Shown here one piece after another: positions 1 to 10,029 of a stretch of 45,753 nucleotides of DNA. Below the pieces are notes generated by a model. The model was not told where the DNA came from. It was given only the letters and a program-made list of their open reading frames with translations, and did no database searches. The stretch is from Halanaerobiaceae bacterium (GTDB lineage: Bacteria; Bacillota; Halanaerobiia; Halanaerobiales; Halarsenatibacteraceae), in assembly GCA_003554225.1 (NCBI GenBank), contig PWFW01000247.1, positions 1 to 45,753 on the forward strand, given 5' to 3'. Position numbers and translations under genes: made by a program. How positions within the stretch are numbered: the first letter of the stretch is position 1; each line of letters starts with the position of its first letter.

Positions 1-4
1 AAGT

Positions 5-81
5 CTGGCTATGGCGCAGCTTGGTAGCGCGCTTGCTTCGGGAGCAAGAGGTCCCGGGTTCAAATCCCGGTAGCCAGACCA
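5..81 (+). tRNA. tRNA-Pro (anticodon CGG), CCA encoded
   Basis: Manual cloverleaf. Acceptor CTGGCTA/TAGCCAG, D stem GCGC/GCGC, anticodon stem CTTGC/GCAAG with loop TTCGGGA (CGG at 39-41), T stem CCGGG/CCCGG with loop TTCAAAT, discriminator A plus CCA. Confidence 0.95.
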
Positions 82-202
82 TCTTATTTCTCCAGCTCTG
101 TTTTATTGCTATCTATTTGTCGTCAGCTTTTTACTCACAAGCTGGCAGTCTCTTTTAGCCGCTAATTATTGAACTGTCAGCTAAAGCTAACTTCCAGAAA
201 CC

Positions 203-246
203 AAAAACCTCTGCCAGATAGCAACTCTTCCGGCAGAGGTTTTTAT
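203..246. terminator. Bidirectional intrinsic terminator shared by tRNA-Pro (+) and the convergent FAD-protein gene (-)
   Basis: AAAAACCTCTGCC ... GGCAGAGGTTTTT: a 13-bp stem flanked by an A-tract on one side and a T-tract on the other. Confidence 0.8.
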
Positions 247-394
247 TACTTTAATTTTCGCTTTATGTGTTTTTGTATAATTTATCCAGCCCAGAATATA
301 TCCCCTGTGCTAATCACTGCTCGTAATTAAAAAATTTTCAGGAATCTGCCTTTGATTCCAGCTGATAAATAATCAGTATATACTTTCTCTGCTG

Positions 395-1798
395 CTAATC
401 CAGCCGTGAGGTTATCTCTCTGGCAATAACCAGGCCGGCTACCGAAGCCTGCATCAGCCCCCTGGTAATCCCAGCTCCATCACCTCCGGCAAAGAGATTT
501 TTAACTGCTGTCTCAAGCTCAGCTGAAACTGCCAGCCGGGAGGAGTAGAATTTCACCTCGACTCCATAAAGCAGTGTGTCGCGGGAGTAGAGTCCGGGGG
601 CGATTTTATCCAGCGCTTCAATCATTTCGATTAAACCGGTTAAATGACGGTGAGGTAGGACCAGACTGAGATCCCCGGGAGTGGCCTCCTTCAGGGTAGG
701 CTCTACAATGCTGCGTTCAATTCTGGCCGGAGTGGAGCGCCGGCCGGAAAGCAGATCTCCCAGTCTTTGAATTAAAACACCGCCCCCCAGAAGATTAGCC
801 AGCTTGGCAATAGCCCTGCCATAGGTGATTGGTTCTTTAAAAGGCTCGGTAAAGGTTTTGCTGACCAGCAGGGCAAAGTTGGTATTCTCTGTTTTGATAT
901 CAGCATGGCTGTGGCCATTGACAGTTATCAAACCCTGATTATTCTCACTGACAACCTCCCCGTTGGGACAGGTGCAGAAGGTCCGCACCCTATCATCAAA
1001 GGTCGGTGACTGGTAAATAAGCTTGGATTCATAAAGATTTTCTGTCAGCGGTCGAGCTATGGCGGCAGGTGTTTCAACCCTGACACCGATATCAACAGGA
1101 TTCAGACTGGTTTCCAGACCCATTTCTTTAACCTGTTCCATGAGCCAGCTGGCATTCTCCCGGCCCGGTGCCACCGAAACATAATCCGCTCTCAGCTCTT
1201 CACCGGACTCCAGCCTTACCCCGGAAATTTTTCTTTTCTCCTCTGTCAGCAAAATATCTCCAACTCTAGTCTTAAACTGTATTTCAACCCCCTGATTCAA
1301 AAGGTAATCCCTCATATTTATTAAAACTTTTCTGGTGTGGCCGGTTCCGAGATGACGCAGTCGGGCCGGAATAAACTTGAGACCGGCCCTGACAGCTGTG
1401 TCGCGAAATTCTTCCATTTTTTTCTCCTCAGCACCAAAAATTCGCTCAGGAGCACCAAACTCAAGATACCAGTTATCGGCATAATCAATCAAAGCCTCCA
1501 GCTCTTCCCTGCCAATATATTCTTCCAGATTGCCGCCAATATCAGCAGATAGAGCTAATTTTCCGTCACTAAAGGCTCCTGCCCCTCCCCAGCCAGATAC
1601 TATAGCACAGGAAGAGCAGGAGTAGCAGCCGCTGCCACTTCCCGGTTTCTCTTTCATAGGGCAGATTCTGTCCTCAATATTCTCACCCTTTTCCAGGATC
1701 AGGATGTCAAGCTCGGGAGAGTTCTCAATAAGCTCCAGGGCAGTAAAAATCCCGGTGGGACCTGCCCCGATAATAATTACATCATATTTTTTCTTCAT
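395..1798 (-). CDS. FAD-dependent dehydrogenase (COG2509-type)
   Basis: 467-aa ORF with Rossmann motif DVIIIGAGPTG. Cys cluster CPMK..CYSCSSC is followed by GWGGAGAFSDGKL. Its ATG directly abuts the upstream stop (TAAATG), and a GGGAGG RBS lies inside the upstream gene's 3' end. Confidence 0.75.
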   Translation of the reverse strand: MKKKYDVIIIGAGPTGIFTALELIENSPELDILILEKGENIEDRICPMKEKPGSGSGCYSCSSCAIVSGWGGAGAFSDGKLALSADIGGNLEEYIGREELEALIDYADNWYLEFGAPERIFGAEEKKMEEFRDTAVRAGLKFIPARLRHLGTGHTRKVLINMRDYLLNQGVEIQFKTRVGDILLTEEKRKISGVRLESGEELRADYVSVAPGRENASWLMEQVKEMGLETSLNPVDIGVRVETPAAIARPLTENLYESKLIYQSPTFDDRVRTFCTCPNGEVVSENNQGLITVNGHSHADIKTENTNFALLVSKTFTEPFKEPITYGRAIAKLANLLGGGVLIQRLGDLLSGRRSTPARIERSIVEPTLKEATPGDLSLVLPHRHLTGLIEMIEALDKIAPGLYSRDTLLYGVEVKFYSSRLAVSAELETAVKNLFAGGDGAGITRGLMQASVAGLVIAREITSRLD

Positions 1799-2827
1799 TT
1801 AATCAGCCTCCCTGCTCAGCTTCAAATCGCCTGGAGCAATCATACCCCTCTTCCTGAGAGGTAAATATATCAGCATTGACAGCACCGCCGGCAGAATAAA
1901 ATGCATGAAAATTACAGCAGGCAGAGCCTGTGCTCCCATAACTTCAAGGCTGGTAACCTGACCGACCAGTCCGCTGGTTCCCATTCCGGCTCCAATTCTG
2001 TTATTTTCCAGTCCGAGGATAACTGTTGCTGCCGGCCCCAGCAGAGCTGCAGTCAGAGTGGGAGGGATCCAGATCACCGGATTTTTTACGATATTACCGA
2101 TCTGCAGCATTGAGGTTCCCAGCCCCTGAGCCAGCAGACCACCAAAGCCATTTTCCCGGTAGCTGATTACCGCAAAACCCACCATCTGAGAGGAACAGCC
2201 CACCGTGGCCGCTCCGGCTGCCAGACCCTCCAGGCCCAGCGAGATCGCCAGAGCAGCACTGGAGATTGGCAGTGTCAAAATCATACCCATGATGGCAGCC
2301 ACCACTATTCCCATAGGGAAGGGCCTCAAGGTAGTGGCAGCATTGATGGTGGCACCCAGCCAGTAGGAAAATCTAATAATTGCCGGAGCCATGAGAATTC
2401 CGGCCGCTCCTCCAGAAATGATGGTAAAAGCTGGAACCAGGACGATATCAACCGGAGTTTTACCGCTGATCCGACGGGCAACTTCTGCCCCAATTAGAGC
2501 AGCAATCAAAGCTCCCACCGGCTCGCCGATCTGCAGCTGAGCAGCTCCGGCAGTAAATGTCACAGTTCCAGCTCCCAGAGCTCCGGTTACCAGGGAAGAG
2601 TAGAGCCCCAGCCCCTTAACTCCCAGGCTGGCCGCCACTCCTGCTCCAATTGCCGGCCCCATTAATAATTGAGCTGTATCTCCCAGTCTTATCAGAACAT
2701 CCAGCCGGAGAAGCTCTCCCAGCTGGCTGATAATTACTCCAATAATTAAAGAAGCAAACAGGCCTAGAGCCATTCCATTCAGAATTTTAATTAAATACTG
2801 CCTGACACCTGACAGCAGATTTTTCAT
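1799..2827 (-). CDS. PTS EIIC-like polytopic membrane protein (PfoR/COG3641-like)
   Basis: 342-aa Gly/Ala-rich multi-TM ORF. The N-terminus and length resemble PfoR-type EIIC-like proteins. Assignment is from memory only. Confidence 0.6.
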   Translation of the reverse strand: MKNLLSGVRQYLIKILNGMALGLFASLIIGVIISQLGELLRLDVLIRLGDTAQLLMGPAIGAGVAASLGVKGLGLYSSLVTGALGAGTVTFTAGAAQLQIGEPVGALIAALIGAEVARRISGKTPVDIVLVPAFTIISGGAAGILMAPAIIRFSYWLGATINAATTLRPFPMGIVVAAIMGMILTLPISSAALAISLGLEGLAAGAATVGCSSQMVGFAVISYRENGFGGLLAQGLGTSMLQIGNIVKNPVIWIPPTLTAALLGPAATVILGLENNRIGAGMGTSGLVGQVTSLEVMGAQALPAVIFMHFILPAVLSMLIYLPLRKRGMIAPGDLKLSREAD

Positions 2828-2950
2828 CTAATCAGCAGCCTCCTGCACCACAGCATTTCACCTTTCCCTCAATTTTCAAAATATATCCCTGAAAAAATTA
2901 AGGCCTTTGACACAAGCAATCTATCAGCATAACGAGAAGATAATCAGAGC

Positions 2951-3238
2951 TTATAATCCCAGACGATCAAGAATAATGTTATAGCCATCCTCGCCATATT
3001 CCAGAGCCCTTTTGACCCGGCTGATGGTAGCAGTACTGACACCGGTTTTATCAACAATCTCTTCATAGGTAACTCCCTCTCTCAGCATCCGGGCCACTTC
3101 CAGCCGCTGAGAGAGAGCCTGAATTTCACCTACAGTGGCAACATCGGTAAAAAATCTGTAGCATTCATCTCTGTTTTCAAGCTCCAAAATCGCATCAAAA
3201 AGCTGATCTGTCAGTTCATTTTCAATCTTTTTAGCCAT
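2951..3238 (-). CDS. yerC: TrpR-like YerC/YecD family DNA-binding protein
   Basis: MAKKIENELTDQLFDAILEL...RLEVARML..G.TYEEI...TGVSTATISRVKR pattern. I trimmed the start to the ATG at 3238, preceded by a GGAGAGG RBS, 16 nt after the guaA stop. Confidence 0.8.
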   Translation of the reverse strand: MAKKIENELTDQLFDAILELENRDECYRFFTDVATVGEIQALSQRLEVARMLREGVTYEEIVDKTGVSTATISRVKRALEYGEDGYNIILDRLGL

Positions 3239-3254
3239 TATTATCCTCTCCTTT

Positions 3255-4838
3255 TTACTCCCACTCGATGGTGGCAGGTGGTTTGGAAGTAATATCATAA
3301 ACAACCCTGTTAATTTCCTTCACTCTGTTGACAATTTTGCGAGAAATCCGGTCCAGTTCTTCTCCAGGGATTTTTACCCAGTCCGCAGTCATGGCATCGC
3401 TGCTGGAAACCGCCCGGAGAATAATGGGATAACCGTAGGTTCGGGAATCTCCTTCAACCCCGACCGAACGGATATCGGGCAGCACGGCAAAGGCCTGCCA
3501 GATCTGCTGGCTGACCCGGGATTTTTCCAGCTCTTTCCGAAATATGGCATCAGCCTGTCTTAAAATTTCCAGCCTCTCAGGAGTGACCTCTCCAATAATT
3601 CTGATGGCCAGACCGGGACCGGGAAAGGGCTGACGGTAAATAATCTCAGCCGGAAGACCCAGTTCTTCACCCAGCTCCCGGACCTCGTCTTTAAAAAGAT
3701 CACGCAGCGGCTCAACAATATCCAGCTCCATTTTTTCCGGGAGTCCTCCTACATTATGGTGGGATTTAATTATTTCAGCATTACTGTGTTCCCCGCTTTC
3801 AATGACATCGGAGTAAATTGTACCCTGGGCCAGATGGGTGATATCCTTCAGCTTCCCGGCTTCCTCTTCAAAAACTCTGACAAAGGTTTCTCCGATAATT
3901 TCCCTCTTAACTTCCGGGTCTCTAACTCCGGCCAGCTTTTTTAAAAATCTCTCCCTGGCATCCACAGTAATTAAGGGAAGCTTAAATTCCCGGGAAAAGG
4001 TCTCAACTACCTGCTGAACTTCCCCCATTCTCAGGAGACCGTGATCGATAAAAATGCACTGCAGCCTTTCACCCACAGCTCGATGGAGTAGAGCAGCCGT
4101 AACAGCTGAATCAACTCCGCCTGAGAGACCCAGCACAACACCTGCCCTGGAACCCAGCTTGGTTCTGATCTGATTTATTTTCTCACTGACAATTTCTTTG
4201 ATATTCCAGCTGCCGGTTACGCCGCAGATCTGATGAACAAAATTACCCAAAATCTCCCTGCCATAGCAGGTATGCTCAACTTCAGGATGAAACTGCAGTC
4301 CATATAAATTTCGAGCAGAATCAGCCATAGCTGCTACCAATAATTCTTTAGTTTCCGCCAGCACTTGAAAACCCTCCGGCACCTCTTCAACGCTGTCACC
4401 ATGGCTCATCCAGACCGGAAAGGACTTCTTGGCGACTTTCTTGCCAGGGCTTTTTCCCCCGCCGCTAACTGTTATTCCCTGAAAAACACCGACAGGCTCT
4501 TTGATAAGGAGATCTGCCCGACCGTACTCCGATCTGCTGCTAGCCTTTAGATGCCCCCCCGGTAAAAGTTCGGCCATAAGCTGCATACCATAGCATATTC
4601 CTAAAATAGGCTTTCCCAGGGAAAATATTCTGCTGTCTATTAAAGGAGCGCCGGCCATCTTCAGGCTGGCCGGACCCCCGGAGAGAACAATTCCGGCAAC
4701 TTCCTCCTGGCTGAAATAATCCAGCCCTGCTTCAGGGGAAATAATCTCACTAAAAACACCGAGCTCTCTTATCCGGCGGGCAATCAATCTGACATACTGT
4801 CCGCCAAAATCAACCACCAAAATTTTCCTTCTTTCCAT
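3255..4838 (-). CDS. guaA: GMP synthase (glutamine-hydrolysing)
   Basis: 527 aa. GATase motifs (GICYGMQ, FHPE), PP-loop LSGGVDS and the canonical C-terminus PPATIEWE. Confidence 0.97.
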   Translation of the reverse strand: MERRKILVVDFGGQYVRLIARRIRELGVFSEIISPEAGLDYFSQEEVAGIVLSGGPASLKMAGAPLIDSRIFSLGKPILGICYGMQLMAELLPGGHLKASSRSEYGRADLLIKEPVGVFQGITVSGGGKSPGKKVAKKSFPVWMSHGDSVEEVPEGFQVLAETKELLVAAMADSARNLYGLQFHPEVEHTCYGREILGNFVHQICGVTGSWNIKEIVSEKINQIRTKLGSRAGVVLGLSGGVDSAVTAALLHRAVGERLQCIFIDHGLLRMGEVQQVVETFSREFKLPLITVDARERFLKKLAGVRDPEVKREIIGETFVRVFEEEAGKLKDITHLAQGTIYSDVIESGEHSNAEIIKSHHNVGGLPEKMELDIVEPLRDLFKDEVRELGEELGLPAEIIYRQPFPGPGLAIRIIGEVTPERLEILRQADAIFRKELEKSRVSQQIWQAFAVLPDIRSVGVEGDSRTYGYPIILRAVSSSDAMTADWVKIPGEELDRISRKIVNRVKEINRVVYDITSKPPATIEWE

Positions 4839-4946
4839 TCCCGGCTCCTTTCTCCAGTTAAATCTATCCTAGAAATTGTTTGCTCTGTCTGCTGGTCTGC
4901 CCTTTAATCAGGTTAATTATTCTGCTTTATTCCGTTAACCATAAAA

Positions 4947-4975
4947 ATTATACCACAAATTACCCCTGCAGGCAA
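4947..4975 (-). promoter_or_regulatory. Putative sigma-A promoter of guaA with a TRTG extended -10
   Basis: On the - strand: TTGCCT, 17 nt, TATAAT, with TGTGg immediately upstream of the -10 (TGTGGTATAAT). The -35 overlaps the groEL terminator T-tract. Confidence 0.5.
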
Positions 4976-5007
4976 AAAAGGCAGCACACCCCGCGGGGTG
5001 TGCTGCC
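4974..5007 (-). terminator. Intrinsic terminator after groEL
   Basis: GGCAGCACACC-CCGC-GGGGTGTGCTGCC GC-rich hairpin followed by TTTTTT on the - strand, 37 nt after the groEL stop. Confidence 0.85.
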
Positions 5008-5043
5008 TGATTATTTCAGATATTTATTTCTGGGTAGTTGGGC

Positions 5044-6723
<1,680 letters not shown>

Positions 6724-6728
6724 TTATG

Positions 6729-7010
6729 TTATTCAATTACTGCCAGAACATCTTCCAGGCTTAAAACTATAATCTCTTCGTCATCAATCTTAACATTGGT
6801 GCCGGCAAACTTATCAAAGACCACGATATCTCCAACTTCAACTGTCTCCAGTTCAGAGTCAGCGCAGCCTTTACCCACTGCGATAACTTCGCCCTGCTGG
6901 GGCTTCTCTTTCTTGGCGGTATCCGGCAGGACAATACCGCTGTCGGTTTTCTTTTCTTCCGGTTCAATCTGCTTGATAGCAATTCTTTCATTTAAAGGTC
7001 TCAGATTCAT
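6729..7010 (-). CDS. groES: Co-chaperonin GroES (Cpn10)
   Basis: 93 aa. MNLRPLNERIAIK N-terminus, immediately upstream of groEL. Confidence 0.97.
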   Translation of the reverse strand: MNLRPLNERIAIKQIEPEEKKTDSGIVLPDTAKKEKPQQGEVIAVGKGCADSELETVEVGDIVVFDKFAGTNVKIDDEEIIVLSLEDVLAVIE

Positions 7011-7052
7011 TTACATTAACCTCCTTCTTTTTTAACTGGAATTTATTTTTTG

Positions 7053-7079
7053 TTAGCACTCACTAATGTCGAGTGCTAA
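7053..7079 (-). promoter_or_regulatory. CIRCE operator (HrcA binding site)
   Basis: Perfect TTAGCACTC-N9-GAGTGCTAA inverted repeat in the groES leader. Confidence 0.95.
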
Positions 7080-7093
7080 TATTCACAGTTTAT

Positions 7094-7122
7094 ATAATAA
7101 TAAAGGGATTAGAAGAAATCAA
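7094..7122 (-). promoter_or_regulatory. Putative sigma-A promoter of groESL
   Basis: On the - strand: TTGATT, 17 nt, TATTAT, ending about 14 nt upstream of CIRCE. This is the usual geometry for HrcA-controlled promoters. Confidence 0.6.
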
Positions 7123-7416
7123 GCATGATACTAAACATTGTAAGCTCTTTATATTCGATTAACAGTTATATGCTTCTTTATAATGAATCATTCTCTGATA
7201 TAATAATATATCCATAAATATTAAATTTAATTGGCTTTCTGGTTATTATATCTGCCCGGCAAATATTATCCACTATCCGATAATATATTATTGCAACCAG
7301 TTATGTTTTGGTACAAAAAAGCTTAAAAGTGCAGCTAAATCCTGTTGCGACCTTAACCACAGACACTACCATAATAAATATATGCTAGATGCTGAGAACC
7401 AGCAATAAATATAAGA

Positions 7417-7441
7417 CTGCCTAAAAAAATACTCCAGGCAG
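7417..7441 (-). terminator. Weak terminator-like hairpin after the rSAM/PDZ gene
   Basis: CTGCCT / AGGCAG 6-bp stem with a 13-nt loop and a T-rich tail on the - strand. The structure is weak. Confidence 0.3.
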
Positions 7442-7476
7442 CCTTAATAATTCTATTCAATATTTATTTTTAGAAG

Positions 7477-8871
7477 TTAAATCGTCATTATCGGCAGACT
7501 TAGCTCCTCTTCAATCTCGGTGACTCTCTCTCCTAAAAGATCCAGCCCCCGTTTATCAAAGGGAAGTTCCGGCAGGATTACCAGTCCCGGCTCAAACTCC
7601 TGCCGGGCTTTCTTAACCTCCCCTATTATATCCCGGACCACCAGCAGGCCGGCACAGTCTATGCTGCCGCCAAAATAATCCGGCCTGACAGCCGCAAGCA
7701 TGAGTTCAGATTGAGTTGACACCCTCAATCTTTCAAGCACCGGCCCAAATCTCCCTGCGGCTCCTCTGGCAGTAACCAGCAGAATCCTCTCTGCCTCCGC
7801 TCCTGCTATCCTCGACTTTAAAGCTTGAAAATGTCCGGGAGAAAAATCATAAGACATAACCAGGCCGCAGTAGTCAGAGCCCGATCCAGTTAAACAATCA
7901 TCTTCAGTTTGAGCTGCTGTCACTTCTATTTCAATCTCCCTTTTCTCCCGCTTCAGACTGACTGCAAAGGGGCTTTTCTGCTGCAGAAGATCCTGAAATC
8001 TCTGAAAGGCATCAACCCGGGAAAAGGGCTCATCTCCGTCAATTTTCTGCAGAACATCACCTGCTCTGATTCCAGCTGCTTCGGCCGGAGAATCTTTGAT
8101 AACTCCGGTTACTTCCGGTATTAAATCTGTAATATCGACAGATTCATATATCAAAGGAATATCAAGCCGGGAATTGAGTTCAGCAATAAAACTCTCCAGA
8201 GAGCTGGAATCAGCCTTAAGCATCTCCTGCAATTTTTTGGGAGCATAATCTGTATAACCGGGTTTAAATAAACGAACCAGTTTAAAGTTATCCAGTTCAT
8301 CTAGAAAATCCAGGGTTCTGGCTATCTCCTGAAATCCGGTAATCCCGGGCAGCATAACCAGACTGCCTTCCAGTTCCAGCCCGGATTCTGCCAGTTCTTC
8401 CAGTATTCCCGGAAATTTCTCCGGCTCACTGTCTCCCAGATATCTTCTCCTCAATTCCGGTTCAAGCAGATTTACAGAGATACAGAGCCTTAAAGGTTTC
8501 AGCTTTTCCAGCCAGGAAATTTTCTCTTGATTCAGTAATACACCTGAGGTGGTAATTTTTATTAAAGTCTCGGGATATCTCTGCCTTACTTCTGATAAAA
8601 TTTCCCGCCAGCGGGGATGCAGCAAAGGCTCTCCCTCTTCGATCCGGGTGCTGGATTCACCTATCACCACCGGTCGCTCAGAATCAAGATAATCCAGCAG
8701 ATCATTTGCCATATCTTCCGGCAGATGCCCGGGCTTAAAAGACTCAACCTCTGGAGGGTTAAAGTAGTGGCTGCAGAAAATACAGGCCTGAGAGCAGACC
8801 GAGGTCAGAGGAAGAATATTATACCGCTGTACACTCTGATATAAAAGACTTTGAAGATACCCCGAAATCAT
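7477..8871 (-). CDS. Radical SAM enzyme with an internal PDZ domain and a DUF512-like C-terminal domain
   Basis: CSQACIFC (CX3CX2C) near the N-terminus, the PDZ pattern GVIKDSPAEAAGIRAGDVLQKIDG mid-protein, and a C-terminal YFGGSIDCAGLL..DII......LVILP block resembling DUF512. I preferred the ATG at 8871 with its GGGTGA RBS; the ORF track starts at the GTG at 8883. Confidence 0.7.
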   Translation of the reverse strand: MISGYLQSLLYQSVQRYNILPLTSVCSQACIFCSHYFNPPEVESFKPGHLPEDMANDLLDYLDSERPVVIGESSTRIEEGEPLLHPRWREILSEVRQRYPETLIKITTSGVLLNQEKISWLEKLKPLRLCISVNLLEPELRRRYLGDSEPEKFPGILEELAESGLELEGSLVMLPGITGFQEIARTLDFLDELDNFKLVRLFKPGYTDYAPKKLQEMLKADSSSLESFIAELNSRLDIPLIYESVDITDLIPEVTGVIKDSPAEAAGIRAGDVLQKIDGDEPFSRVDAFQRFQDLLQQKSPFAVSLKREKREIEIEVTAAQTEDDCLTGSGSDYCGLVMSYDFSPGHFQALKSRIAGAEAERILLVTARGAAGRFGPVLERLRVSTQSELMLAAVRPDYFGGSIDCAGLLVVRDIIGEVKKARQEFEPGLVILPELPFDKRGLDLLGERVTEIEEELSLPIMTI

Positions 8872-8908
8872 TCTTTCACCCACTTTTTATTTGTTTTTAT
8901 AATACTCT

Positions 8909-9970
8909 TTAGAGACAGAGGGTGGGTTCAACCTCCAGATCCAGGGGATCACTCTCTCCTCTGATCCTGCGGTAATAGGCTGCAGCAGCTATCATGGCAG
9001 CATTATCGGTGCAAAATTCCAGTGGAGGCAAAAGCAGGGGAATATTATGACCAGCAGCCAGTTCGGCAAATTCAGCTCTCAGCACACTGTTAGCCGCCAC
9101 TCCTCCGGCCAGCAGCAGAGCCTTAGGCTGATAAACCTCCACTGCCCTCTCCACTTTCAGTTTCAGGCTGTCAATAACTGCCTGCTGAAAAGAAGCTGCC
9201 AGATCCGGCAAATTGACTGCCTCACCCCGCTGTTTTAGATTGTGAACATAATTTATAACAGCAGTCTTCAAACCGCTGAAACTAAAATCATAGTCCTGAG
9301 AATCCTTGAGAGCCCGGGGAAAATCAATGCTGACAGCCGAGCCCGACTCAGCCAGCTTCTCCACCGCAGGCCCACCCGGATACCCCAGCTCCAAAAACCT
9401 GGCAACCTTGTCAAAGGCCTCGCCGGCAGCATCATCCCGGGTTCTCCCCAGAATCTCATACTCAACCCGATTGGAAAAATAGATCAAATCAGTATGTCCT
9501 CCCGAAACAGTCAGACAGATAAAGGGAGTTGGGACTTCATCCTGAACCAGAAAATTGGCATAGATATGTCCGGCCACATGGTTTATACCCAGAAAGGGGA
9601 TATTAAGAGCAAAGGCCAGAGCTTTAGCAGCAGCAAAACCCACCAGCAGAGCTCCCACCAGGCCAGGCCCTCGGGTGGCTGCCACCGAATCAAGCTCCGA
9701 AAACTCAATCCCCGCCTCCCTGACAGCTGCAGAAATAATTTTATCTATCACTTTAAGATGCTGCCGGGAAGCAATTTCGGGCACAACCCCGCCAAAATCT
9801 TTATGCCGGTCAATCTGAGAAGCCACAATGTTGGAGAGCAGAACAGGCCCCGTTGAAGTTCCCTGAACAACTGCAGCGGAAGTTTCATCACAGGAAGTCT
9901 CCACGGCCAAAACAAAGAAGCTGTCATTATTCTTTATATTGCTCCTGTTTTTTTCTTTATCTATCGGCAT
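8909..9970 (-). CDS. tsaD: tRNA N6-adenosine threonylcarbamoyltransferase TsaD
   Basis: ETSCDETSAAV, GINHVAGH and SGGHT motifs. I trimmed the start to the ATG at 9970, preceded by GAGGAG plus 7 nt. Confidence 0.95.
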   Translation of the reverse strand: MPIDKEKNRSNIKNNDSFFVLAVETSCDETSAAVVQGTSTGPVLLSNIVASQIDRHKDFGGVVPEIASRQHLKVIDKIISAAVREAGIEFSELDSVAATRGPGLVGALLVGFAAAKALAFALNIPFLGINHVAGHIYANFLVQDEVPTPFICLTVSGGHTDLIYFSNRVEYEILGRTRDDAAGEAFDKVARFLELGYPGGPAVEKLAESGSAVSIDFPRALKDSQDYDFSFSGLKTAVINYVHNLKQRGEAVNLPDLAASFQQAVIDSLKLKVERAVEVYQPKALLLAGGVAANSVLRAEFAELAAGHNIPLLLPPLEFCTDNAAMIAAAAYYRRIRGESDPLDLEVEPTLCL

Positions 9971-10029
9971 AATAACTCTCCTCAAATTATTCTGCTGCAG
10001 CCTTTTTATTCCTCAGCAGCATCATTACT

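Noticed and set aside
82-202. 120-nt trailer between tRNA-Pro and its terminator, as a possible small RNA.
   Set aside because: Only a weak CAGCTT/AAGCTG hairpin is present, with no tRNA-like or other recognisable fold and no separate promoter. I cannot support a gene from the sequence alone.
274-281. TG-TATAAT on the + strand downstream of the bidirectional terminator.
   Set aside because: It has no acceptable -35 and no + strand gene or structured RNA downstream. It would only read antisense into the FAD-protein gene, so it is probably a chance AT-rich match.
4419-4472. Lys/Gly-rich ~18-aa stretch (TVSGGGKSPGKKVAKKSF) in the GuaA glutaminase domain.
   Set aside because: It falls in a loop before WMSHGD whose length varies between species. 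I cannot judge its novelty without an alignment.
4839-4946. Possible purine or ZTP riboswitch in the guaA leader.
   Set aside because: The - strand leader lacks the conserved purine-riboswitch core (UAUAAUCGCG...CCGUAAAU...CGACUAUG-type segments) and the ZTP motifs. Only a generic GGTTAA/TTAACC hairpin is present.
7262-7362. DnaA-box-like nonamers (TTATCCACT at 7266-7274, TTAACCACA at 7354-7362) in the AT-rich spacer, which could suggest an oriC-like region.
   Set aside because: There are only two imperfect boxes, no dnaA/dnaN nearby and no clustered repeats. This is insufficient for an origin call.
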